From assembly GCA_003539915.1 (NCBI GenBank), contig DPNX01000002.1, forward strand, positions 1 through 35,457: DNA of 35,457 bases. The letters are read 5' to 3'. Below are positions 7,519 through 15,762 of the stretch, in pieces. The position numbers and the translations under genes were made by a program. The notes beneath the pieces were generated by a model, which was given only the letters and a program-made list of their open reading frames with translations, had not been told where the DNA came from and did not search any database. Source of the DNA: Patescibacteria group bacterium. Its GTDB lineage: Bacteria > Patescibacteriota > Minisyncoccia > UBA6257 > UBA11618. Position 1 is the stretch's first letter, and each line of letters starts with the position of its first letter.

Positions 7519-9205
7519 AATTAAAAACATAATAGCGCCAGCTGCTCTAGAGGTTAGCCCTAGCTATTTAAAGTTGGGTGATAAGTATACTAAAACTATA
7601 TTTATCACATCCTATCCTCGTTACTTAGCCACCGGCTGGTTCTCATCAATCATTAATGCTCCTGAATTAATGGATGTATCTATTTTTGTTCATCCGGTAG
7701 ATACCGCAATTGCTTTGAAAAGTTTAAGGCGGAAAACTGCTCAAATAGAATCGCAGATAATAGAAAAAAGTGAGAAGGGGGTTGTTCGAAGTCCTAAATT
7801 AGAAACCGCTCTTCAAGACATTGAGTCTTTAAGAGATTCCTTGCAACAAGCGACTGAGCATCTATTTAATGTTTCTGTTTATATAACTATTTATGCTGAT
7901 AGTGTTAATGAATTAAAAAGATTAGAGGGTAAGATCAATCACTTATTAGAAAGTCGTCTAGTTTATAGCAAGCCAGCCACCTTTCAACAGATAGAGGCCT
8001 TTAACACCACCCTGCCAATAGGAAAAGACTCTTTAATGATCACGTCTCCTTTCAACTCTTCACCAGCCTCTTCGTTTTTTCCTTTTGTTTCTGCCACATT
8101 AACTTCTGATAGCGGTGTACTACAGGGTATTAATCTTAGTAACAATACTTTGGTTATTTTCGACCGCTTTTCTCTAGAAAATGCTAACCAGGTCATCTTT
8201 GCCACCTCTGGTTCTGGTAAATCATATGCTGCTAAATTAGAAGCTTTGAGATTATTAATGACTGGAACCGATGTCCTGATTATCGATCCAGAAAATGAGT
8301 ATAAGAATCTAGCAAAAGCAGTTGGAGGGAGTTTCTTTAATATCTCTCTAGCATCAAAAGATCATATTAACCCTTTTGATTTACCAATTATTCCTAAGGA
8401 TAGTGATCCAACAGATACTCTAAAATCACATATAGTTAACTTAGCTGGTTTATTAAAAATAATGCTAGGGGAGATGACTCCTGAGGAAGAGGCTCTCTTG
8501 GATAGGGCTATATCAGAAACCTATGCCTCTAGAGACATAGCTCCAGGAAAAGACTTTTCTAAAGCTCAACCACCATTATTATCCGACTTAGAAACTGTTC
8601 TTAATAGCTTGACTGGTGGTCAGTCATTAGCCCAACGCCTATATAGATATACCCAAGGTAGTTATGCTGGCTTTATCAACCAACCAACCAACATTAATAT
8701 ACGGAATAGATTGGTTGTCTTCTCTATTAGAGATCTTGAGGAGGAGTTGAGACCTATAGCGATGTATATGATCGTTAACTTCATCTGGAGCCTAATTAAA
8801 AGTGAGTTGAAGCAACGAGTGATGATAGTTGATGAGGCTTGGTGGATGATGAAATACCCTGCTGGCGCCTCTTTTATGTTTGGATTGGTTAAGAGAGCTA
8901 GAAAATACTATTTAGGTGTCACTACTATAACTCAAGACGTTGAAGACTTCTTACAATCTCCTTATGGAAGACCGATAATTACAAACTCTGCTTTACAGAT
9001 ATTATTAAAACAGCAACCGGCAATGATTGATTTGCTTGCTAAGACGTTTAACCTGACAGAAAGTGAGAAGAATTTCTTACTAGACGCACCTGTGGGTGAG
9101 GGGCTGTTTTTTGCAGGCTTAAATCATGTCATTATTAAGATAGTAGCTTCTTATCTTGAGGATCAGATCATAACAACAAATCCAAAAGACTTATTAAATG
9201 AGTAA
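7508..9205 (+). CDS. virB4: VirB4/TraE-type conjugal-transfer-like ATPase, central and C-terminal ATPase part
   Basis: Walker A is ATSGSGKSY (8207-8224) and Walker B is VMIVDEAWWMM (8819-8836), with IAPAALEVSPSYLKLGDKYTKTIFITSYPRY upstream. I prefer the ATG at 7508 over the tracked GTG at 7487. Confidence 0.85.
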   Translation: MKNEIKNIIAPAALEVSPSYLKLGDKYTKTIFITSYPRYLATGWFSSIINAPELMDVSIFVHPVDTAIALKSLRRKTAQIESQIIEKSEKGVVRSPKLETALQDIESLRDSLQQATEHLFNVSVYITIYADSVNELKRLEGKINHLLESRLVYSKPATFQQIEAFNTTLPIGKDSLMITSPFNSSPASSFFPFVSATLTSDSGVLQGINLSNNTLVIFDRFSLENANQVIFATSGSGKSYAAKLEALRLLMTGTDVLIIDPENEYKNLAKAVGGSFFNISLASKDHINPFDLPIIPKDSDPTDTLKSHIVNLAGLLKIMLGEMTPEEEALLDRAISETYASRDIAPGKDFSKAQPPLLSDLETVLNSLTGGQSLAQRLYRYTQGSYAGFINQPTNINIRNRLVVFSIRDLEEELRPIAMYMIVNFIWSLIKSELKQRVMIVDEAWWMMKYPAGASFMFGLVKRARKYYLGVTTITQDVEDFLQSPYGRPIITNSALQILLKQQPAMIDLLAKTFNLTESEKNFLLDAPVGEGLFFAGLNHVIIKIVASYLEDQIITTNPKDLLNE

Positions 9206-9614
9206 GATTGGTTTAATAGAATCTTTTATTCTAGTTAGTTTTGTTGCTATAGCCGAGCTACTAGAATTAATAGTTACTCTTGCTGTTGGACCAGGAGAGG
9301 TGGTGAAGTGGTTTATAAATATTATTGTGTGGCTTCCTGTTCAGTTCTGGTTATTGTTCAGGGGAGCGAGAGGTGATCTGTACGCTTTATCAGTATTAAT
9401 TGAGTTCATTCCTTTTGTAAACGCCTTACCAATAAAAACAGCTTTATTAATTACCACTATCTATATTCACAATCACCCTGAGTCGGCCGCGGCAAAAACT
9501 GTGCATACCGCACAAGAAGTAATGCCTGTTAAAAAGCCCAGGAGGAAGCCTAAACCTAAGATTAAAAAGAAGTCTAAGGTCAGAATGGCTACTAAAGTAA
9601 TTACTAAAATATGA
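9198..9614 (+). CDS. Hypothetical small polytopic membrane protein with Lys/Pro-rich C-terminal tail
   Basis: It has 3-4 hydrophobic segments and then the tail KKPRRKPKPKIKKKSKVR. Its start overlaps the VirB4 stop by 8 nt. Confidence 0.55.
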   Translation: MSKIGLIESFILVSFVAIAELLELIVTLAVGPGEVVKWFINIIVWLPVQFWLLFRGARGDLYALSVLIEFIPFVNALPIKTALLITTIYIHNHPESAAAKTVHTAQEVMPVKKPRRKPKPKIKKKSKVRMATKVITKI

Positions 9615-10273
9615 ATCGTATAATTTTAATAATTTTTATCTGTCTACTATCCTTACCAGCTCTAGCTCACGGGCAAGAGTTCTTATTCAATTGGGAGGGT
9701 GATAGTTTTGTGCCTGGTTTTTATCAAGGAAGAAGAATGCCTACTGATAATTCATCCTTAAAAATGAGTTTTGAATTAATAGAAAATGATCGCTTGTTGA
9801 ATATTAAAGGTAAAAAGGTGGAGTGGTATGTAGATGGAAAATTATCCCAAAAAGGTGTTGGTTTACAAAGAATAACTGCTAATCAATTTAATGTAAGTCG
9901 TAGTGATATATTTGTTAGAGTTTTAATAAAAAATTTTAAAGGAGGTAATCTAGAAAAAAGCTTTATCATCCCTAAAACAATCCCAAAAGTTATTATTGAA
10001 AGAAATTTTATTAATAATACAATATCAGCTGGAATAAGTATTATTAAGGCATGGCCTTTATTTTTTAATATAGACGATCTATCGGATTTAAATTTCAATT
10101 GGTTTTCCAATAATATTAAACATTCTGGTGAGGATGTTGAAAGGCCTAATGTTTTAGAGCTAGATATACCAACTGACAATGGTCAATTCTCTGTTAATTT
10201 AAATATAAATGTTGTTAATAATAAAAATATAAGTGAGTCAGCTATTAAAAAAATAAATCTAACAATAAAATGA
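9611..10273 (+). CDS. Hypothetical secreted beta-rich protein
   Basis: Signal peptide is IILIIFICLLSLPALAHG. FNWEGDS near the N-terminus and FNWFSNN near residue 160 hint weakly at two related modules. ATGA overlaps link it to the genes on both sides. Confidence 0.55.
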   Translation: MNRIILIIFICLLSLPALAHGQEFLFNWEGDSFVPGFYQGRRMPTDNSSLKMSFELIENDRLLNIKGKKVEWYVDGKLSQKGVGLQRITANQFNVSRSDIFVRVLIKNFKGGNLEKSFIIPKTIPKVIIERNFINNTISAGISIIKAWPLFFNIDDLSDLNFNWFSNNIKHSGEDVERPNVLELDIPTDNGQFSVNLNINVVNNKNISESAIKKINLTIK

Positions 10274-11619
10274 AGAAGGTTTTTATTATTATAATATTAT
10301 TAGTTCTATCAACTCCTATCGCTTTTGGTCAAGGAGCTATGGAGTCAGCACTTGCTCTTGATGAAGTTGAGGAGAGGGTTGGGACAAGAAATGACTTAAT
10401 GACAAGTATAGACCGAACAACGGATACAAATAGAATGAGTCATTTAAGTGGGTCTAAACTAACTACAAGAATTAGAAGAGATGCTCAAGAAATGAAGAAG
10501 GCTCTTTATGATCCATATGTTGATGTTGATGAGGTCAAAACTTATCAAATACTAAGAGGTACGTCTAGTAATTATAGAACAAGGTTAGCTGAAGAATATC
10601 TACGGATAACGGGTAACAGGTTTCAAAGTGATTTACTTCGCCTAGGAAATGATAATGGTCATGATGTTTTAAGAGGTAAGTTATTATTTAAACAAGGAAC
10701 CCTCTACCCTGAGGATAGGATTGTTTTAGGTTCTGATGGGAGAGGTACTAATGAAAGGTTATTTTTTGATGAGGTGATGAGCATGAGTCTTTACCCAGAA
10801 GATAAAGCTAGGCTCAATGATAGGTGGGCTGAAAAGTATGGCTCTTCGGGTATTTTTAAGGCTAGAGCTAATGGTGGTGAGAGTAGCGTTTTAACTTATT
10901 TTTACAGCGAAGAGTCTGATGAGTCATATAGATCCACCCTTCAAGCCTTATGGGAGGGAAAGGGTGGTTTTCAAGATAATCATGCTGCTCTAACAGCATC
11001 TTGGCTAGGTATTAATCCTGCTGAGCTCGATAGAGCAGCTGCTAGGACTTATGCGGAAAGAGTTGTTGATGAGCAAATGAACAGGGGGGAGACTAGAAAC
11101 GATGCTGTAATGAGAATCTACAATGAAAAACTAGCCTTTATTAGGACTGGGATGGGTAGTCTTCAGGTTACAGGCTCTGGAGAGTTAGAATGTGGACCCG
11201 ATGGTCTTGGTTATAAACTTTGTGTTCCTATATTGGGAAAGGAGAAGGTGGAAAATATTGGTGGTTATATAGTTTTAATTTATCAGTTTGCTCTAGCTAT
11301 ATCTGGGATCCTTGCCTTTATAATGATTACTTATGGTGGTATTAGATGGACTGTTTCAGGAGGTAATGTTAGTAAAATAAGTGAAGCAAAAGAAATTATT
11401 ACAAACGCTATTTTTGGACTTATTCTTTTAGCTATAGCTACTAGCATTCTATATATCATAGATCCCTCTATATTAAGTATACGAGTTGATAAATCCACCT
11501 TTACCGTAAGAGCGCCTAACTACAAGGCGCCTGTAAAACCTATACCAATTCCAGATCCAGATAGACTGCCTTCCGCGCCTTTAATTATAATTGACCCCGG
11601 TGAATCAAATAACGAATAA
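10270..11619 (+). CDS. Secreted ~300-aa helical-repeat domain fused to a C-terminal VirB2/TrbC-type pilin hairpin
   Basis: Signal peptide is IIIILLVLSTPIAFG. The C-terminus has TM1 IVLIYQFALAISGILAFIMITYGGI, the loop RWTVSGGNVSKISEAKEIITN and TM2 AIFGLILLAIATSILYII, which is the T4SS pilin pattern common in CPR genomes. The N-domain carries DAQEMKKAL...IL..TS and GRGTNE motifs. Confidence 0.65.
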   Translation: MKKVFIIIILLVLSTPIAFGQGAMESALALDEVEERVGTRNDLMTSIDRTTDTNRMSHLSGSKLTTRIRRDAQEMKKALYDPYVDVDEVKTYQILRGTSSNYRTRLAEEYLRITGNRFQSDLLRLGNDNGHDVLRGKLLFKQGTLYPEDRIVLGSDGRGTNERLFFDEVMSMSLYPEDKARLNDRWAEKYGSSGIFKARANGGESSVLTYFYSEESDESYRSTLQALWEGKGGFQDNHAALTASWLGINPAELDRAAARTYAERVVDEQMNRGETRNDAVMRIYNEKLAFIRTGMGSLQVTGSGELECGPDGLGYKLCVPILGKEKVENIGGYIVLIYQFALAISGILAFIMITYGGIRWTVSGGNVSKISEAKEIITNAIFGLILLAIATSILYIIDPSILSIRVDKSTFTVRAPNYKAPVKPIPIPDPDRLPSAPLIIIDPGESNNE

Positions 11620-12764
11620 TGAAAAAAATAATTATTACAATTTCAATCATCTTAATCGTTATTATTAGTGGTTTTATAATCTATTCATTCTTAAGCCCAA
11701 GTGACACCTTGGACTTTGAAATAATAGATTTAGTTACTGATAATTCTGAAAGCACTGATTCAGAACTAGTTTTTGAAAATAAAATAAATATTGTATCACC
11801 AGAAGAAATTTTAGGTTATTCAATTAATCCAGTCACTAAGCATGTTTACGTTGTTAATACGCTAGGTGAAATTAAAAAGATTAATAACTCGAACTCTGAA
11901 AAAGTTTCTAGTCAAAAAATTAAGGGGATTAATAAGGTTCAGTCCTCAAAAGATGGTAGGAAAATAATGATTGGATTTAACTATCCCAACCAACCAGTTT
12001 TTTCTATTTATAATATTACTGATAGCAACTGGACACCTCTTCCTAAAAATACTATCAGCGCTGATTGGCACCCAGAAAATTCTAATGAAATTATTTATTT
12101 AACTAATGATAATTTAAAGATATTAGATCTTAAAAAAAATAGGTCTAGGTCTGTTTTAAACATTAAATTAACAGGCTCTAAATTAGACTGGGTGTCGTTA
12201 AGTGAGGTGATTGTAATGGAGAGACCTACTACTAAATACAGCTCTGATGCGTGGTTGATTAATTTGAGCACTAAAAAAATTAAAAAAATAGCCTCGGGTA
12301 AAGGTTTAATGATTAATCAGAAAGACGGTTGGAGACTAAGCTTTGTTTATAATAGTAAGGGTAATGAGGTGTTTAATTTAATTAATTCAGAAACTAATAA
12401 GGTTGTTGGTTATTTTAACTTCAGAACCCTACCTTCTAAATGTGTTATTGATCAAAATAATTTTTATTGTGCTATCCCGAATCAAATACCATTGAACACA
12501 TCTCTACCTAATGATTATTTGAGTAGAAAATTTATATCTGATGATATTATCCAATCTATAATGATTAGTAGTGATTCGCAATCAATAGAGTCTAAAATAT
12601 TATACAAAGAAGGGGATGATTTGGTTGATGCTACTGACCTTAAAATAGTTAATGATCAGTTATATTTTATTAATCGATCTGATAATAAACTCTATAGCCT
12701 AAAGTTAGATAAGGTGATAGAGGGGGTTGTTAAGGAGGGGGTTACTGAAGAAGCTTCACAATAA
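11619..12764 (+). CDS. Hypothetical membrane-anchored protein, possibly beta-propeller (TolB-like blades); last gene of the operon
   Basis: N-terminal anchor is IIITISIILIVIISGFIIYSF. Blade-like segments recur, for example ISADWHPENSNEIIYLTNDNLKILDL. The fold call is a guess. Confidence 0.5.
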   Translation: MKKIIITISIILIVIISGFIIYSFLSPSDTLDFEIIDLVTDNSESTDSELVFENKINIVSPEEILGYSINPVTKHVYVVNTLGEIKKINNSNSEKVSSQKIKGINKVQSSKDGRKIMIGFNYPNQPVFSIYNITDSNWTPLPKNTISADWHPENSNEIIYLTNDNLKILDLKKNRSRSVLNIKLTGSKLDWVSLSEVIVMERPTTKYSSDAWLINLSTKKIKKIASGKGLMINQKDGWRLSFVYNSKGNEVFNLINSETNKVVGYFNFRTLPSKCVIDQNNFYCAIPNQIPLNTSLPNDYLSRKFISDDIIQSIMISSDSQSIESKILYKEGDDLVDATDLKIVNDQLYFINRSDNKLYSLKLDKVIEGVVKEGVTEEASQ

Positions 12765-13173
12765 CACAACGACCAACTCCTTCTCCAGCGCTCTCAGTCT
12801 CCACGTCTGGACGAGTAGCTAGTTCTAAATGAATGATCCTTCTTTCGTAAGAATTCATAGCTGGTAATTTAACATCTTCCTTAGTCATAACCACTTTTCT
12901 TGCGGCAGCTTTAGCAATATCTATAATAATATTCTCTCGTTCTTTGCGATAATTATTAACATCAACAAAAACTGAGTCGTGATCATTCTTATTAGCTAAA
13001 ACTTTAGATAGGTGATTGAGATCACTAATTACTCTAGGAATCCAATTCTTAAACCAATCTCCTTCGTTAATAAAGATAATTATTTTTCTTCCTTCATTAT
13101 CTGAATTAATAGAAAAATCTTTAAACCCCACTAATTCCAGGATCCGTTGTATTGTTGCTTTGGTCTTCTCCAT
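12742..13173 (-). CDS. jag: Jag/KhpB-type RNA-binding protein (KH plus R3H domains)
   Basis: The R3H-like motif NSYERRIIHLEL is present, and the gene sits downstream of yidC in the classical rpmH-rnpA-yidC-jag order. Confidence 0.8.
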   Translation of the reverse strand: MEKTKATIQRILELVGFKDFSINSDNEGRKIIIFINEGDWFKNWIPRVISDLNHLSKVLANKNDHDSVFVDVNNYRKERENIIIDIAKAAARKVVMTKEDVKLPAMNSYERRIIHLELATRPDVETESAGEGVGRCVIVKLLQ

Positions 13174-13849
13174 AAATCTTTTTATTAATATATAACTGCT
13201 GAGCTAAAGAAAATAAGGTTGTTGTTAACCAATAAACTCCAACAGCAGAAGGCATGTTAAACAATATAACAACTGCTAGTATTGGACCAATCCAAATCAT
13301 CTTTCTACTAATTTTAACCGCTTGTGGTTCTGGCTCTCCTTTCTTAATTTTAGGAAGAGTTAGGCGACCATGCACATACTGAAAGACGGCAGCTAAAACA
13401 ACAATAAGAATACTCTTATTTGATAGATCAATCAAGCCTAAGAAAGTACTGTTAACTACCTCTGGTTGAGAAACAAAGGGGTAGAGATTTTTTAACGTCT
13501 CAGATGTAACACCTAAATAAAAGACTCTATAAACCGCAATCAACACAGGTAGTTGTACAAGAATTAATAAGAAGCCTGAAAAAGGATTAACTTTATGTTG
13601 TTTATATAACTCCAACATTCTTCGCGCTTGTTCTTCGCGATCATCTTTGTGATCATGTTGTATTTTTTGTATCTCTGGTTGAAGTTTTTGTAAGAGGGTT
13701 TGATTTTTAAAACTCTTATAAAAAAGGGGGGCGAGAATAGTTCTAATAATTATAGTTAATAAAATTATAGATACACCAAAGTCTCCAATATTGTTATATA
13801 AAAAAATAAGGGTGTTAAATATAGGTTGTGTGAGAAAGGTGTTAAACAT
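13121..13849 (-). CDS. yidC: Membrane protein insertase YidC (short Gram-positive/Oxa1 type)
   Basis: The sequence contains ILLTIIIRTILAPLFYKSFKNQ...KLQPEIQKIQ...YKQHKVNPFSGFLLILVQLPVLIA. Synteny with rnpA supports the call. Confidence 0.9.
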   Translation of the reverse strand: MFNTFLTQPIFNTLIFLYNNIGDFGVSIILLTIIIRTILAPLFYKSFKNQTLLQKLQPEIQKIQHDHKDDREEQARRMLELYKQHKVNPFSGFLLILVQLPVLIAVYRVFYLGVTSETLKNLYPFVSQPEVVNSTFLGLIDLSNKSILIVVLAAVFQYVHGRLTLPKIKKGEPEPQAVKISRKMIWIGPILAVVILFNMPSAVGVYWLTTTLFSLAQQLYINKKIYGEDQSNNTTDPGISGV

Positions 13850-14151
13850 TATTTAAATAATTTATTAATTTCTTCGATTAGTTGTTCTTTAGAATTATTC
13901 TTACTAATCACAACTAAATAATCAAATGGTTTTAGTTGAGGTAATAATAATCTTACCTGATTAAATACCAATCTCTTCAATTCATTTCTTTTCACTGCTG
14001 ATTTAACCACTTTTTTACTAACCATCACTCCTAACCGAGGGACATCTTTATCGTTAGTATATTTTTTTAGAGTTAAAGATTGAGAGCGTCTAACTTCTGA
14101 TTTTTTACTCTTTAAATATTGAATAGGAAGCCTGTTTTTCTTGGCTAACAT
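13849..14151 (-). CDS. rnpA: Ribonuclease P protein component
   Basis: A 100-aa basic protein starting immediately after the rpmH stop, with the RNR-like KRNELKRL motif. Position is canonical. Confidence 0.85.
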   Translation of the reverse strand: MLAKKNRLPIQYLKSKKSEVRRSQSLTLKKYTNDKDVPRLGVMVSKKVVKSAVKRNELKRLVFNQVRLLLPQLKPFDYLVVISKNNSKEQLIEEINKLFK

Positions 14152-14286
14152 TTAAACAGTAATGTTTTTTCTACCCTTTTGACGACGGCTTTTTAACACT
14201 CGTCGACCACCCGGGGAGGCGCTTCTTTTTAAGAATCCGTGGACTCTTTTTCTCTTTCTTTTTTTAGGTTGATATGTTGTTGACAT
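14152..14286 (-). CDS. rpmH: 50S ribosomal protein L34 (44 aa; below the ORF-track size cutoff)
   Basis: Hand translation of the minus strand gives [44 protein letters not shown]. This is the L34 signature, and the gene abuts rnpA. Confidence 0.95.
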   Translation of the reverse strand: MSTTYQPKKRKRKRVHGFLKRSASPGGRRVLKSRRQKGRKNITV

Positions 14287-14313
14287 AATAATTATTTATA
14301 GCAGAAAATATAG

Positions 14314-14333
14314 TTTTCCACAACTCATCCACA
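14314..14333 (+). promoter_or_regulatory. Two DnaA-box-like 9-mers in the rpmH-dnaA spacer
   Basis: TTTTCCACA (14314-14322) and TCATCCACA (14325-14333) each have one mismatch to TTATCCACA. Confidence 0.6.
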
Positions 14334-14366
14334 TGTTATTAATTTAGGTCTTATTTCATTGAAATT

Positions 14367-14394
14367 TTGACGAGATGCGAAGAGTGATTAAAAT
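14367..14394 (+). promoter_or_regulatory. dnaA promoter: TTGACG-16 nt-TAAAAT, with the -10 ending 6 nt before the ATG
   Basis: The -35 is at 14367-14372 and the -10 at 14389-14394, with the ATG at 14401. There is no Shine-Dalgarno in between. Confidence 0.55.
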
Positions 14395-14400
14395 GATGAT

Positions 14401-15762
14401 ATGGATCTAAATCAGTTTTGGGAAAAAGCCTTAGGAGATATTGAGCTTCAAGTTTCAAAACCTAACTTTGTTACTTGGTTTAAGAATAGTAGGGTAATTG
14501 ATAAACAAGACGGTTTAGTGGTTATTGGTCTACCAAATAACTTTGCTAAAGAATGGGTGGAAAAGAAATACGACAAAGTCATCTTAGGTTCTTTAAGATC
14601 GTTAGATGAGAAGGTTAAAAAGGTGGAGTTTATCATCCACTCCCAAAACAAGCCTCTTGTGCCAAGTAATCTTTCTGAAAAAGCTGTTGCTGATAACGAA
14701 ACTCAATTAAGTTTTACTGAATTTAAGATTGACCCCGAAACAAACCTTAATCCCCAGTACACTCTTCAGTCATACGCTGTTGGATCAACAAACGAATTAG
14801 CTTATGCCGCGATAACTGCCATCCTCGCTTCGATAGGTAACAAATACAACCCTCTCTTTATCTACGGGGGAGTGGGTGTTGGTAAAACTCATTTAATACA
14901 GGCGGCTGGCAATGAAATAAAAAGGAAGTCTAAGGGAAATGTTAAGGTTAGGTATGTTTCCTCAGAAAAATTCACTAATGATGTTATTTGGGCGATGAGA
15001 AACAAACGAATGGATACTATGAAGTCTAAGTATCGAAATGTAGATGTTTTAATTATTGATGATATTCAATTCATTGGCGGTAAAGAAAAGACTGAGGAAG
15101 AGTTCTTTCACACCTTCAATGCTTTGTTCGAACAAAATAAACAGATCATCCTATCCTCTGATAGGTCTCCTAAGTTCATTCCCGTCCTTGAGGAGCGCTT
15201 GAGCTCACGTTTTGAGGGTGGAATGACGGTTGATATATCATCACCTGATTTCGAGCTTAAGGTGGCTGTTTTACGCAATAAGTTAGAAGAAAAGGGTATT
15301 GAGTTAAGTAATGAGGTTATAAACGCTATCGCTAGTAAAACTCAAAAGAATTTAAGAGAGTTAGAAGGTATATTAAATAAGGTTTTATTTTATAAAGAGG
15401 TTAAAAAAGAAGAGGTTAGTGCTAAAACCCTTGATCAAATAATCGATAATATAGTTCAAAAACCAGCTAAAACAACTAGTCCTGATCAAATAATGAAGAT
15501 AGTCTCTAATTTTTTTGAGATATCTATTAACGATATAATCAGCCGCTCTAGAAAAAAGGAGATTGTTGAGCCTAGACAGGTGTCTATCTACCTCTTGAGA
15601 GATATATTAGGCTTATCTTACCCTTATATTGCTGATAAATTAGGAAAAAGAGATCATACTACTGCTATTTATGCTTATAATAAAATAAAGAAGGAGATCT
15701 TAAAAAATCAGATGTTAAACCAAAAAATAATCATGATTAGAGATATTATAGATAAGGGATAA
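14401..15762 (+). CDS. dnaA: Chromosomal replication initiator DnaA
   Basis: AAA+ Walker A is GGVGVGKTHL and Walker B is LIIDDIQF. The C-terminal DNA-binding helix is DHTTAIYAY. Confidence 0.97.
   Translation: MDLNQFWEKALGDIELQVSKPNFVTWFKNSRVIDKQDGLVVIGLPNNFAKEWVEKKYDKVILGSLRSLDEKVKKVEFIIHSQNKPLVPSNLSEKAVADNETQLSFTEFKIDPETNLNPQYTLQSYAVGSTNELAYAAITAILASIGNKYNPLFIYGGVGVGKTHLIQAAGNEIKRKSKGNVKVRYVSSEKFTNDVIWAMRNKRMDTMKSKYRNVDVLIIDDIQFIGGKEKTEEEFFHTFNALFEQNKQIILSSDRSPKFIPVLEERLSSRFEGGMTVDISSPDFELKVAVLRNKLEEKGIELSNEVINAIASKTQKNLRELEGILNKVLFYKEVKKEEVSAKTLDQIIDNIVQKPAKTTSPDQIMKIVSNFFEISINDIISRSRKKEIVEPRQVSIYLLRDILGLSYPYIADKLGKRDHTTAIYAYNKIKKEILKNQMLNQKIIMIRDIIDKG

Noticed and set aside
1512-12764. 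Integrated conjugative element or plasmid remnant
   Set aside because: The block has no integrase, relaxase, coupling protein, partition or replication genes, flanking direct repeats or tRNA target. It is flanked by core genes and shows no visible compositional change. This is kept as a refutation test in the main finding because only one window is visible.
13121-13173. The 53-nt same-strand overlap of the yidC 3' end with the jag start looked like a possible frameshift
   Set aside because: Both proteins look complete at the relevant ends: YidC has all its TM segments and Jag has a normal N-terminus. I see no homopolymer at the junction. It is probably a real overlap or a slightly later Jag start, which cannot be resolved without homologues.
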